NCBI GenBank assembly: GCA_015063305.1
Contig: SVUJ01000010.1
Location: 5,028 to 69,027, forward strand
Length of the DNA: 64,000 nucleotides
Reading direction: 5' to 3'
Source of the DNA: Oscillospiraceae bacterium
GTDB taxonomy: Bacteria > Bacillota > Clostridia > Oscillospirales > CAG-272
The position numbers and the translations under genes are program-made. Position 1 is the stretch's first letter. The number at the start of each line of letters is the position of its first letter. The notes beneath the pieces are model-generated. The model worked only from the letters and a program-made list of their open reading frames with translations. It searched no databases and was not told the DNA's origin. Positions 19,591 to 28,258 of the stretch are shown piece after piece.

Positions 19591-19698
19591 ATGATCCCGT
19601 TGGTTTTGATTCCTATAGCTTTGCTTATTATAGGTATCGTTGTTTTGTTTGTAAATTTATACCCCAAAATTCTTTTTGAGAAAAGGAGAAAACAATGA
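19591..19698 (+). CDS. Putative 35-aa hydrophobic leader/small membrane peptide overlapping the pilin start (ATGA)
   Basis: MIPLVLIPIALLIIGIVVLFVNLYPKILFEKRRKQ*. AAGGGA lies 12 nt upstream. Below the ORF-track cutoff. Confidence 0.4.
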   Translation: MIPLVLIPIALLIIGIVVLFVNLYPKILFEKRRKQ

Positions 19699-20885
19699 AG
19701 AAAAATTTGAACAAAAAGGGTTTTACAATCGTTGAGCTTGTAATCGTTATTGTTGTAATTGCGATTCTCGCAGCGGTACTTATTCCTACGTTTGTAAGTC
19801 TTGTGAACAAGGCTAACCGCTCTGCAGATGAGCAGGCAGTAGTACAGATGAACAAGCTTCTAGAAGTTGAGGCTATTGATGGCCAAGGTCCTCAGAAGAT
19901 TCAGGACATCAAGAAAATTCTTACTGAAAACGGATACAACCATAAGCTCGATCCTCTCTTCAAGGGATATTCCTTCGCTTGGATCGCAGAAAAGAATGTT
20001 ATTGTTCTTGTTGAAAACAACAAGGTTGTTTACCCTAAGGAATACGCAGACTACGATTTTACTAAGGTTGAGCTCTTTAACGTTGTAAAGGTAGGATCTG
20101 CTAATGATATCAAGGATCTTGCCAACGGTACATTTGCTAATATCAACGGTTTGAACTCCATTGTTCTTGAAAAGGGAATGAATGTTCTTTCTGATGCAAG
20201 TGCAAATACTGCGGAAACGAAATACTTGACCTTCAACAACGCAGGCGATATTGAAATTGACGGTAACGGTAATACCATCCAAGGAAACATCGACGTAAGC
20301 AGCGGAACTACTCTTACTCTTACAAATGTAACCATAGATGCAACAAACAGTGCACACGAGGATTGCTCCGCTGTTAAGCCCACCGCTGGATCCGTTTATA
20401 TCACCGATACAACTATTAAGGGCCAAGTGTTTGGTCTTTGCCAGAATGTTGGTCAGGCTGCTGATGTAACCGATGACATCGATTGCACGGTTGAAAACAG
20501 CACTATGGATGCTGAGATCGCACTCTATATCGGACATGGTAACTGGACATTTGAAAACTGCACATTTGTTGGCACTGTTACTATAGCTGGTGGTGCAAAT
20601 GTGACGTTCAATAACTGTACCTTTAAGGCAAAAACTGGTGTTGAGTACACTGATGAATCAGAATACACAACCTCGGGCAGTGGTGCTTTCGTTAGCCAGA
20701 ATGCTATCGTTATTATAGAAGGTCGTAATGCTACTCAGTATGAGAGCGGCAAGGTAACCTTCACTGGTTGTACTGTGACCAATGCAGAAGGCGCCGACGT
20801 AAATACTACGGGCGGTGTAAACTATCGTTTCTGCACTTATACCGGATCTGTCAGCGGTAACGATATCACTGTTGAGTGGAACTAA
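19695..20885 (+). CDS. Large type IV prepilin with C-terminal putative beta-helix adhesin domain
   Basis: KKG|FTIVELVIVIVVIAILAAVLIP class III signal; repeats such as WTFENCTF, VTFNNCTF and VTFTGCTV. Confidence 0.88.
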   Translation: MKKNLNKKGFTIVELVIVIVVIAILAAVLIPTFVSLVNKANRSADEQAVVQMNKLLEVEAIDGQGPQKIQDIKKILTENGYNHKLDPLFKGYSFAWIAEKNVIVLVENNKVVYPKEYADYDFTKVELFNVVKVGSANDIKDLANGTFANINGLNSIVLEKGMNVLSDASANTAETKYLTFNNAGDIEIDGNGNTIQGNIDVSSGTTLTLTNVTIDATNSAHEDCSAVKPTAGSVYITDTTIKGQVFGLCQNVGQAADVTDDIDCTVENSTMDAEIALYIGHGNWTFENCTFVGTVTIAGGANVTFNNCTFKAKTGVEYTDESEYTTSGSGAFVSQNAIVIIEGRNATQYESGKVTFTGCTVTNAEGADVNTTGGVNYRFCTYTGSVSGNDITVEWN

Positions 20886-20926
20886 TTAATACGTTTCGTA
20901 TAGCTGGTTGAAAGGATTTAACGACC

Positions 20927-21313
20927 TTGAAAAAGCTTAACAGAAAAGGCTTTACCATCGTAGAACTTGTAATCGTTATTGCGGTTATCGCAATTCTCGC
21001 AGCCGTTATGATTCCTACTTTCAGCGGAATGATCAAAAAGGCAAATGAGTCCGCAGCATTACAGGAAGCAACAAATACATACAAGGCTTTGCTTACAGAA
21101 GATGAATACAAGGGCGATCTTGATTTGAATGATACGGCTAATGGTGCTGACCTTTATATCAAGGTGAATCAGTCGAACAAGAACTATTATTTCAAAGTGG
21201 TAGATGGAGATATTGCTCTTGATACCACAGTTACGGCTGATCCGGACGGCTACAACGCTCTTACGGGTGAATACACGAATGTTTTCGTGTTTACCGAGAA
21301 AACAGGAGCATAA
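20927..21313 (+). CDS. Type IV prepilin, probable major pilin
   Basis: RKG|FTIVELVIVIAVIAILAAVMIP; 128 aa; TTG start; followed by a terminator. Confidence 0.88.
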   Translation: MKKLNRKGFTIVELVIVIAVIAILAAVMIPTFSGMIKKANESAALQEATNTYKALLTEDEYKGDLDLNDTANGADLYIKVNQSNKNYYFKVVDGDIALDTTVTADPDGYNALTGEYTNVFVFTEKTGA

Positions 21314-21360
21314 TTCATTAATAACCTAAGCTAAGCATTTAGGAAAAATTGCTGAACAAA

Positions 21361-21410
21361 CGCAAGCACTCTGCACTCCTTGCGGGTGCGAGAGTGCTTG
21401 CGCCTTTTTT
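21361..21410 (+). terminator. Intrinsic terminator after the two pilin genes
   Basis: CGCAAGCACTCT...AGAGTGCTTGCG followed by CCTTTTTT. Confidence 0.8.
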
Positions 21411-21453
21411 AGAAAGAATGAGAACTATGTGCAGAAAAATGTGGAATATCAAA

Positions 21454-22038
21454 ATGCTAAAGGCTCATATCGGAAAGCGCGGCAAGGGCGGGTTTACCCT
21501 TGTCGAGCTTTCTGTTGTTTTGGCTCTTTTGGCTATCCTTATGACTATGATAACATCTTTTTCTGTACTTATGAACGGCGTTGCAACCGAAAACAAGGCA
21601 GAATACGATTTTTTAGAGGATCACGCTATGCTCAAAGAAACACTTGGAGTATGGGTGGCAGAGAACGATGTGGCGGGTAGCACGTTCAAGGTCAATGAGG
21701 ACGGAACACTGAGTGTGACCGAAAACGAAATCCCAAAAAACGTGAGCTTTAATGACGGTGTTCTCACGCTTGGCGGGGATCAGAAGGCGGGGCTTGATGC
21801 GATTGACGGTGTAATCTTTACCTCAAACGATAAGCTCATCAAGTGCGTGACCTACCGAATCGCAAGGAACGGAAAGCGGATCGAGCATAGCTTTGTGTTC
21901 TCGCTCCGATGCGGAACGATACAAAACGAGAAGGCTTCATATGAGCTTTGCCATCGTGTGATGTCTGAAAAAGCTGCAGCGACTTTATCCGATATTTGGG
22001 GGCAGGCACTGCCTGCGGAGGTAGCCGATGAAGAATAA
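21454..22038 (+). CDS. Minor type IV prepilin
   Basis: KGG|FTLVELSVVLALLAILMTMI; start uncertain (21427 or 21454). Confidence 0.85.
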   Translation: MLKAHIGKRGKGGFTLVELSVVLALLAILMTMITSFSVLMNGVATENKAEYDFLEDHAMLKETLGVWVAENDVAGSTFKVNEDGTLSVTENEIPKNVSFNDGVLTLGGDQKAGLDAIDGVIFTSNDKLIKCVTYRIARNGKRIEHSFVFSLRCGTIQNEKASYELCHRVMSEKAAATLSDIWGQALPAEVADEE

Positions 22039-22453
22039 AAACAAACGCGGCTATTCTCTTGTTGAGGTCGTGATTGCTCTTTCGGTGATAGTGATTGTGA
22101 GCATTAGCGCACTTTCCATTATGCTATCCTCTGTAGTGACAAAGGCAAACGCCATCAACAGATCCCACGCCCAGAGCTTTGCCGATAACGTGTGGGAGAG
22201 CTTTAAGGCGGCAGATACGCAGGACGAATTTCTTTCTCTCATTGCCTTTTCGGATGGCGTTTTGCTGACCGAAGGCGTAACCGATGAGAGCGGAAAAACA
22301 ATCTATACTTATAATTCCGTGGAAAATAAATTTACGGCAGAAATTGCCGTAAGCTATCAAGAAAACGCACGTCCCGAATTGGAGCTCATTGTGACCGATA
22401 AGAATGGGGACGAGATTATTTCGTTTTCCTACCGAAAGGGGGACGGAATATGA
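22028..22453 (+). CDS. Minor type IV prepilin (PilV/GspI-like)
   Basis: KRG|YSLVEVVIALSVIVIVS; GGAGG RBS; overlaps the previous gene. Confidence 0.85.
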   Translation: MKNKNKRGYSLVEVVIALSVIVIVSISALSIMLSSVVTKANAINRSHAQSFADNVWESFKAADTQDEFLSLIAFSDGVLLTEGVTDESGKTIYTYNSVENKFTAEIAVSYQENARPELELIVTDKNGDEIISFSYRKGDGI

Positions 22454-22839
22454 AATTAAACCAAATACTGAAAAGCAAACGGGGAATGGCTCTTGAAAAC
22501 GCTATCCTGTTTATGATAATTATCTTTATGCTTTGCGCTCTACTGACGAGTTTGACCTTGCTTGGACATTACCAAGTGAAAATTGAAAAAATGACCTTGC
22601 AGCAAGATATAGAGATAGATCAGATCGGAGAAGATTATCTTGCAAGCGTCAAAGCGAAAACACCTTTTACAGAGACCTATGACAATTACGCCTACGAGGT
22701 GAGCGAAAACGCACTCACCGTATGGCGAAAAACGGACGAAAACAAAAAGGCGGTGCTTTACGTGGAAGCGGAGCTTACCGCAGATGAAGAATTGAACGTC
22801 AACGTATGGCGTTATTCGCTTCCAACTCAGACAGAGTGA
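22450..22839 (+). CDS. Minor prepilin lacking Glu5 (PilX/GspK-like)
   Basis: KRG|MALENAILFMIIIFMLCALL; ATGA overlap with the previous gene. Confidence 0.7.
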   Translation: MKLNQILKSKRGMALENAILFMIIIFMLCALLTSLTLLGHYQVKIEKMTLQQDIEIDQIGEDYLASVKAKTPFTETYDNYAYEVSENALTVWRKTDENKKAVLYVEAELTADEELNVNVWRYSLPTQTE

Positions 22840-22868
22840 TCTGTTACGTTAAAAACGGAGAACAGAAT

Positions 22869-24164
22869 ATGAAAAAACAAACCTATTCGACAACAATCGC
22901 GATCGACTCGGAGCGTTCAGCCATTCATTTTTATTCAATGATCGGCAACGACAAAAGTACGATTGCACACCATATAAAAAGCTATGCGGGCGGTCGGCTT
23001 GACGAGCATTTCTTTGATCGCTTTAAGGAAGCCGTAAAGGAGTTTGCACAAAATACACCGTCCGAAACCGTGAGAAAGGTCACGGTCGTTCTGCCCGACA
23101 ACGCAGTTCTGACCGATACTGTGCGAATTCCCACGATGAAAGGGCTTGGACAAACAAAAAAGACGCTTGATATAACCCTCGGAGGACTTTACCGAAACTA
23201 TAACGATCTTCGTGTGGTATCTCACGTTGCTGAGCAGAACAAGCAGTATTCCACCTTTTCTATAGCGGCGGTGCAGAAGAACATCGTATCATCAATTTTC
23301 GCCGCTTGCTCGGAAAACAAGCTGCTTGTGGACACGCTGACCTATGCTTCAAGTGCGTCGGTTGGCGGTGCGGTACAGCTCAATCCCAAGCTGAAAAACG
23401 CATCATACTTATTCCTTGATATAAAAGACGTATATTCCCGTTTCGTGTTCGTGGCAAACGGCAAGACGGTTGGCTATTACACGCTCCCCTTTGGGCTTGA
23501 ATTTTTGAGAAAACCCAAGGTAACGCAGGAGGATATGTTGTTTGACCATTCTTATGCCGAGCTTACGGTGCTTAACGCAAGAGAACGGGCGAAATCCCAA
23601 AAGCTGACGGTTATGGCTCTTGGAGAAGAATTTGCCGATGCGATTATGGATAGCCAGAGCGATAAGCTTTCGGAGGAAAGGGCAATCGAAGAGGAGATTT
23701 CCGAGGAGCTTACCACCGATGAGGAAGCTCCTGCGGATGAAGAAACCTTAACCGAGGAAGAAGATGAGGGCGAAGCCGAGGAAATCGCGCCTCTGCGTCC
23801 TCAAATCAATCAGAAGATTTTTACAAGAAAATCTCCCCGTAAGCTGCCTAAGTTTATGCAGAGGGGAATTCCCGAAACCGAAGAGGGAATTGCCTATGAG
23901 AATTTCCGTGTATTCGTGAAATGGGCATTGACCTTGATACACGGAAACGAAAAACTCACCGAGATTGGAAAGCCCGAATTTGTGTGCGTTAATCTTCCGC
24001 TTGACCTTGCGAGTGTACTTGATACGGCAAACGAGGAAGCAGAGGAAAACGGAATCACCTTTACCCGTTTGCCGAGTGAGGGGGAGGGGGCATCGGTAAT
24101 TTCAAATCTCGAACTGTACGGCGGTTTGTTCCCCAAGCAGATTGCAACGACGGGCAAGTTCTGA
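22869..24164 (+). CDS. Divergent PilM/GspL-like actin-fold alignment protein with acidic insertion
   Basis: TTIAIDSE.., VTVVLPDN, YLFLDIKDVYSRFVF and YTLPFG match the PilM pattern; it sits in the pilus operon and has an E/D-rich segment. Confidence 0.55.
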   Translation: MKKQTYSTTIAIDSERSAIHFYSMIGNDKSTIAHHIKSYAGGRLDEHFFDRFKEAVKEFAQNTPSETVRKVTVVLPDNAVLTDTVRIPTMKGLGQTKKTLDITLGGLYRNYNDLRVVSHVAEQNKQYSTFSIAAVQKNIVSSIFAACSENKLLVDTLTYASSASVGGAVQLNPKLKNASYLFLDIKDVYSRFVFVANGKTVGYYTLPFGLEFLRKPKVTQEDMLFDHSYAELTVLNARERAKSQKLTVMALGEEFADAIMDSQSDKLSEERAIEEEISEELTTDEEAPADEETLTEEEDEGEAEEIAPLRPQINQKIFTRKSPRKLPKFMQRGIPETEEGIAYENFRVFVKWALTLIHGNEKLTEIGKPEFVCVNLPLDLASVLDTANEEAEENGITFTRLPSEGEGASVISNLELYGGLFPKQIATTGKF

Positions 24165-24174
24165 GGGCGGAACA

Positions 24175-24963
24175 ATGGAAAAATTCTATTTGATTTGCGC
24201 CTACGTTCTTTCGGGAATATTCGGATTGTGCGTCGGCAGCTTTCTCAATGTGGTCATATACCGTCTGCCGAACAAAATGAGTCTTGCAAAGCCAAATTCC
24301 CATTGCCCGACCTGCAAGTATGAGCTGCGGTGGTACGATAATATTCCCGTTCTTTCCTACGTGATGCTTGGCGGTAAATGCCGCAGTTGCAAAACGCACA
24401 TTTCCTTTCGCTATACGGCGGTGGAGCTTGCCAACACGGTCTTGTGGCTCTTGTGTGCTTTTATCTTTTGGGAGAGAAGTATTCCGCTTGCTTGTATCTA
24501 TATGGTCGCCTTTTCGGTCTTTCTTTGTGTGTTCTTTATCGACCTTGAACACCAAATTATCTTTGACCGATTTCAGATCATTCTGCTCGTTCTCGGCGTG
24601 GCAAGTATTTTCTTTGACAAGGACTATGGGTGGCTTTCCCACGTAATTGGCGGTGTTTCGGGCTTTGCGGTGTTCTATCTTATTTCGTGGGGGTTTGAAA
24701 AGCTATGCGGCAAAGAGGGACTTGGCGGCGGCGATGTGAAACTTGCAGGAGTGGTCGGCTTGTTGCTCGGTTGGGAACGCTTGTTGCTCGGACTTCTGAT
24801 AGCGACTATTCCCGCAGCCGTGATTATGTTGATTCTTTCAAAGGGTAAAAAGGGAGAGAGCAGACAGTTTCCCTTTGCCCCGTTCCTTGTGGTCGGTTTC
24901 GGAGCTTCTATGCTTTTTGGAACACAGATCATAAGTTGGTATTTATCTTTGCTCGGATTATGA
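24175..24963 (+). CDS. pilD: Prepilin peptidase/N-methyltransferase (A24)
   Basis: GSFLNVVIYRLP, SHCPTC..GKCRSC, FIDLEH, LGGGDVKL and PFAPFL. Confidence 0.95.
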   Translation: MEKFYLICAYVLSGIFGLCVGSFLNVVIYRLPNKMSLAKPNSHCPTCKYELRWYDNIPVLSYVMLGGKCRSCKTHISFRYTAVELANTVLWLLCAFIFWERSIPLACIYMVAFSVFLCVFFIDLEHQIIFDRFQIILLVLGVASIFFDKDYGWLSHVIGGVSGFAVFYLISWGFEKLCGKEGLGGGDVKLAGVVGLLLGWERLLLGLLIATIPAAVIMLILSKGKKGESRQFPFAPFLVVGFGASMLFGTQIISWYLSLLGL

Positions 24964-24984
24964 AAGAAAGTGAGGTGAGAGCTT

Positions 24985-26196
24985 ATGCCAACGTATAAAT
25001 ATGTGGCGGTAAATTTGCAGAAGAAAAAATACAAGGGCATATTTATTGCCGAGGACGAAAAAGATCTTGCGGTGCAGCTTACAAAGCAAAATTTGTATTT
25101 GGTTTCTGCTTCGCTCTATAAGGGTGGCACTCCGTCGGCTTTCTTTACGCTTGGTACGGGAAAGGTCAAGCTTTCGGAGCTTACTACCTTTTGCCGACAG
25201 TTTTCCATAATGATTTCAACGGGTATTCCGTTGCTTGGTTGTATTGATAGCTTGAAGCAACAGCCCTATTCGGGATATTTCAAATCGATTTTGCAAGTCA
25301 TCAGCGAGGATTTAAAGGGCGGCGCAATGCTTTCCGAATCCCTTGATAAGCACAAAAAAGTCTTTCCCGATTTCTTTCGCAGTATGGTACACGTAGGTGA
25401 AGCAAGCGGAAAGCTCGATAGTGTATTTATCTCTCTTGCTGATTATTACGAATCCGATGCGAAAATAAAGCGAAAGGTTAAAGGTGCGCTTGCATATCCG
25501 TTGATGCTTGCTATGATGACGCTTGGTATCGTTATCATAATGTTGGCTTTCGTCGTACCGACATTTAGAGAAACGCTCTCCACGCTTGATGTAAAGCCCG
25601 AAGGCATTACGTTAGCGGTATATAACGTATCGGATTTTATTTTGAATTGGTGGCAACTCCTTGTTGCCGGAGCAATTATTCTTGGTGGCGGCATTTTTCT
25701 CTTTTCTCGCACCAAAACGGGGAAAAAAGTATTCGACATTATCAAAATCAAATGCCCCCTAATTGGGCGAATTCAGATCAATTTGATTACCGCACGTTTC
25801 GCCCGTGCGTTCAGTTTGCTTCTGGAGAGCGGAATGGATTTGGCAACAGCACTTGATACCATATCCATTATTTTGGGCAACAGTTATATTGAAGAACGGT
25901 TTAACGAGGCGGCGGAGGATGTTCGACACGGTGTTTCGCTGACAAATGCGTTCCAAAAGCAAAATTTATTTCCGCAAATGCTTCTGCAAATGATCTCGGT
26001 TGGTGAAAAAACGGCTTCTTTGGAGGAAGTGCTGGGACGCTCTTGCGTATTCTTTGACGAGCAAGTGGAGTCCTCATTGTCCTCGCTTACCTCTAAAATT
26101 CAGCCCACGATGCTGATTATTATGGGCGTAGTGATCGGAACTTTGTTTATTGCGGTTTATTCGCCAATGCTTTCCATTATGAATGGACTTGGTTGA
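24985..26196 (+). CDS. pilC: Type IV pilus platform protein PilC/GspF
   Basis: FCRQFSIMISTGIPL, VGEASGKL, ALAYP, VGEKTASL and IQPTMLIIMG. Confidence 0.95.
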   Translation: MPTYKYVAVNLQKKKYKGIFIAEDEKDLAVQLTKQNLYLVSASLYKGGTPSAFFTLGTGKVKLSELTTFCRQFSIMISTGIPLLGCIDSLKQQPYSGYFKSILQVISEDLKGGAMLSESLDKHKKVFPDFFRSMVHVGEASGKLDSVFISLADYYESDAKIKRKVKGALAYPLMLAMMTLGIVIIMLAFVVPTFRETLSTLDVKPEGITLAVYNVSDFILNWWQLLVAGAIILGGGIFLFSRTKTGKKVFDIIKIKCPLIGRIQINLITARFARAFSLLLESGMDLATALDTISIILGNSYIEERFNEAAEDVRHGVSLTNAFQKQNLFPQMLLQMISVGEKTASLEEVLGRSCVFFDEQVESSLSSLTSKIQPTMLIIMGVVIGTLFIAVYSPMLSIMNGLG

Positions 26197-26211
26197 TTTC
26201 GGAGGTGGAAG

Positions 26212-27900
26212 ATGAATATAAACAGAGAGCTTTTACAGTTTTACATATACAAAAAGATAATCAAGAAAAAGCAAGCGGAAAAGATACTTGAAGATTGTGA
26301 GCGCTTGGGTGTTTCCGTGAGAGATTATATGCTTGCAAAAGAGTACACTACGGAAGCAAGGGAACTGCCCGTTTTGGGTGAGTATTACTGTATGCCGTAT
26401 GTGGAGATTGATATGCTCGATATAGACAAGTCGCTATTTGACTTGTTTACGTTTGAGTTTATGAAGCGGTACAAGGTCATTCCCGTATCAATGAGTATGG
26501 AGGGAAAGTTGCTGATTGCAACCGCAAAGCCGCTTGATTGCTCGTCTATGTCGGCGATCAATTCGCAGATCGTTTCTCCCGTAGATTACGTTCTCGTTCC
26601 CCCCGTTCAGATTGACCGCTATATTGATTCGATAGCCGCAGTAATGTCAACCTCGGCAGCCCTTGACGATTTGAATACCGAAGGCGATGCCGCTTTGTTC
26701 TCAAACCAAAAGGTGCAGACCGATGACGAGATCGTGGAAAACGATGTGCTCAATAACCCGTCCGTGCGATTGGTGGATTCCATCATCAAGGAAGCCGTAC
26801 CGTATAGAGCGAGTGATATTCATATTGAGCCATTTGAAAAAGTGGTCAAGGTGCGTTACCGTATTGACGGTGACTTGCAAGAGAGAGCAGAGTTCCCGAT
26901 TAACTCTTATTCCGCTATATGCGCCCGTATCAAGATAATGGCGGGACTTAACATAGCGGAGCGGAGAGTCCCGCAGGATGGACGAATCAATATGATCGTA
27001 GGAGGTAAAGAGTTTGATTTCCGTGTTTCCTCGCTTCCCACGGTGTTCGGAGAAAAATTTGTTATCCGTGTGCTTGATAAAACCTCATTCAAATTTACGA
27101 GAAGCGACCTCGGATTTACAGAAGATGAAAATGTCTTGATTGATAAGATGCTTGCGAAACCTCACGGGATAATCCTACTTACCGGTCCAACGGGGTGCGG
27201 TAAGTCAACCACCTTGTATTCGTTCTTAAAAGAGGTCAACACCTCTGCCGTGAATATCGTTACTGTCGAAGATCCCGTTGAGTATATTATGCCGGGTGTA
27301 AATCAGACGCAGGTAAACACAAAAGCCAATATGACTTTCTCGGCGGCGCTCCGTTCCATTCTCCGACAAGATCCCGATGTTATAATGATTGGAGAAATGC
27401 GTGACGAGGAAACGGCAGAGATAGCCGTTAGAGCGGCAATTACGGGACACATTGTGTTCAGCACCTTGCATACCAATGATGCAACGGGAGCAATTACCCG
27501 TTTGGAGGATATGGGCGTGGCAGATTACCTTGTGGCAGACGCATTGGTTGGTGTTATTGCTCAAAGACTTGTCAAGAGGTTGTGTCCTGAATGTAAGAAG
27601 AAAGGCAAGACAAACGCAAAGGAAATGGAGATACTCGGTATTAACGAGCCTATCGGAATTTACCGTCCGCAGGGCTGCCAATTCTGCAACGGAACGGGCT
27701 ACAAGGGCAGAATTGCCGTACACGAAATTATGTATATGAACGAAAATATGCGTAACGCCGTTATCCGTGAGAAGAATTTGGAGGTGCTTCGTGACCTCGC
27801 AAAGCAAAACGGAATGGTGACTCTTTGGACTTCTTGCAAGAATCTTGTGGAAAAAGGTGTAACAAGTATTCAAGAGCTTGTGACCTTAAATGTTGAATAA
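26212..27900 (+). CDS. pilB: Type IV pilus assembly ATPase PilB/GspE
   Basis: ASDIHIEP, ERRVPQDG, GPTGCGKST (Walker A), TVEDPVE, LRQDPDVIMIGEMRD, STLHTND, and a CPEC..CQFC zinc site. Confidence 0.96.
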   Translation: MNINRELLQFYIYKKIIKKKQAEKILEDCERLGVSVRDYMLAKEYTTEARELPVLGEYYCMPYVEIDMLDIDKSLFDLFTFEFMKRYKVIPVSMSMEGKLLIATAKPLDCSSMSAINSQIVSPVDYVLVPPVQIDRYIDSIAAVMSTSAALDDLNTEGDAALFSNQKVQTDDEIVENDVLNNPSVRLVDSIIKEAVPYRASDIHIEPFEKVVKVRYRIDGDLQERAEFPINSYSAICARIKIMAGLNIAERRVPQDGRINMIVGGKEFDFRVSSLPTVFGEKFVIRVLDKTSFKFTRSDLGFTEDENVLIDKMLAKPHGIILLTGPTGCGKSTTLYSFLKEVNTSAVNIVTVEDPVEYIMPGVNQTQVNTKANMTFSAALRSILRQDPDVIMIGEMRDEETAEIAVRAAITGHIVFSTLHTNDATGAITRLEDMGVADYLVADALVGVIAQRLVKRLCPECKKKGKTNAKEMEILGINEPIGIYRPQGCQFCNGTGYKGRIAVHEIMYMNENMRNAVIREKNLEVLRDLAKQNGMVTLWTSCKNLVEKGVTSIQELVTLNVE

Positions 27901-28012
27901 ATCAAAAGCACGCTCGGCTTTAAGACGTTGTTTTGGCTATTGCGATTGCTTTAATTGTTATTTTACCTCTTGCGTAATGCGCATAGGTAAATAACATAGG
28001 TTTTACAGAATT

Positions 28013-28047
28013 AGAAAAAGCGGCAGAGTAATCTGCCGCTTTTTTCT
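28013..28047. terminator. Intrinsic terminator at end of pilus operon
   Basis: AGAAAAAGCGGCAGA-GTAA-TCTGCCGCTTTTTTCT. Confidence 0.85.
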
Positions 28048-28157
28048 ATGAATAGAGATGAATACAACGTAGACATTCAATTGGGTGTAAAAAATATATT
28101 GGCAAAGCACTCAGATCAAACAATTATTGCTAAGAAACAAGATTTTGGAGGTAAAAC

Positions 28158-28201
28158 AAAAAAAGACGACTCCGATGAGGATTTTCCTCGTCGGAATCGT
28201 C
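28158..28201 (-). terminator. ppdK terminator
   Basis: GACGACTCCGATGAGG-ATTTT-CCTCGTCGGAATCGTC, with an A-tract on its left that gives a U-tract on the minus strand. Confidence 0.75.
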
Positions 28202-28258
28202 AAATTATACATATAAATCAGTATCGGTCGCTCTTTTGTGAAAAGTTAACCCGTTGAT

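Noticed and set aside
19446-19694. c-di-GMP-I or -II riboswitch in the pilin leader
   Set aside because: The consensus motifs are not recognisable by eye; it is reported as an unknown structured leader instead.
17771-28050. tRNA-Ser as the attachment site of the pilus island
   Set aside because: The island lies on the 5' side of the tRNA; no duplicated tRNA 3' end and no integrase were seen.
28048-28257. 69-aa ORF after the pilus terminator
   Set aside because: No RBS and it runs through the ppdK terminator; at most a gene remnant.
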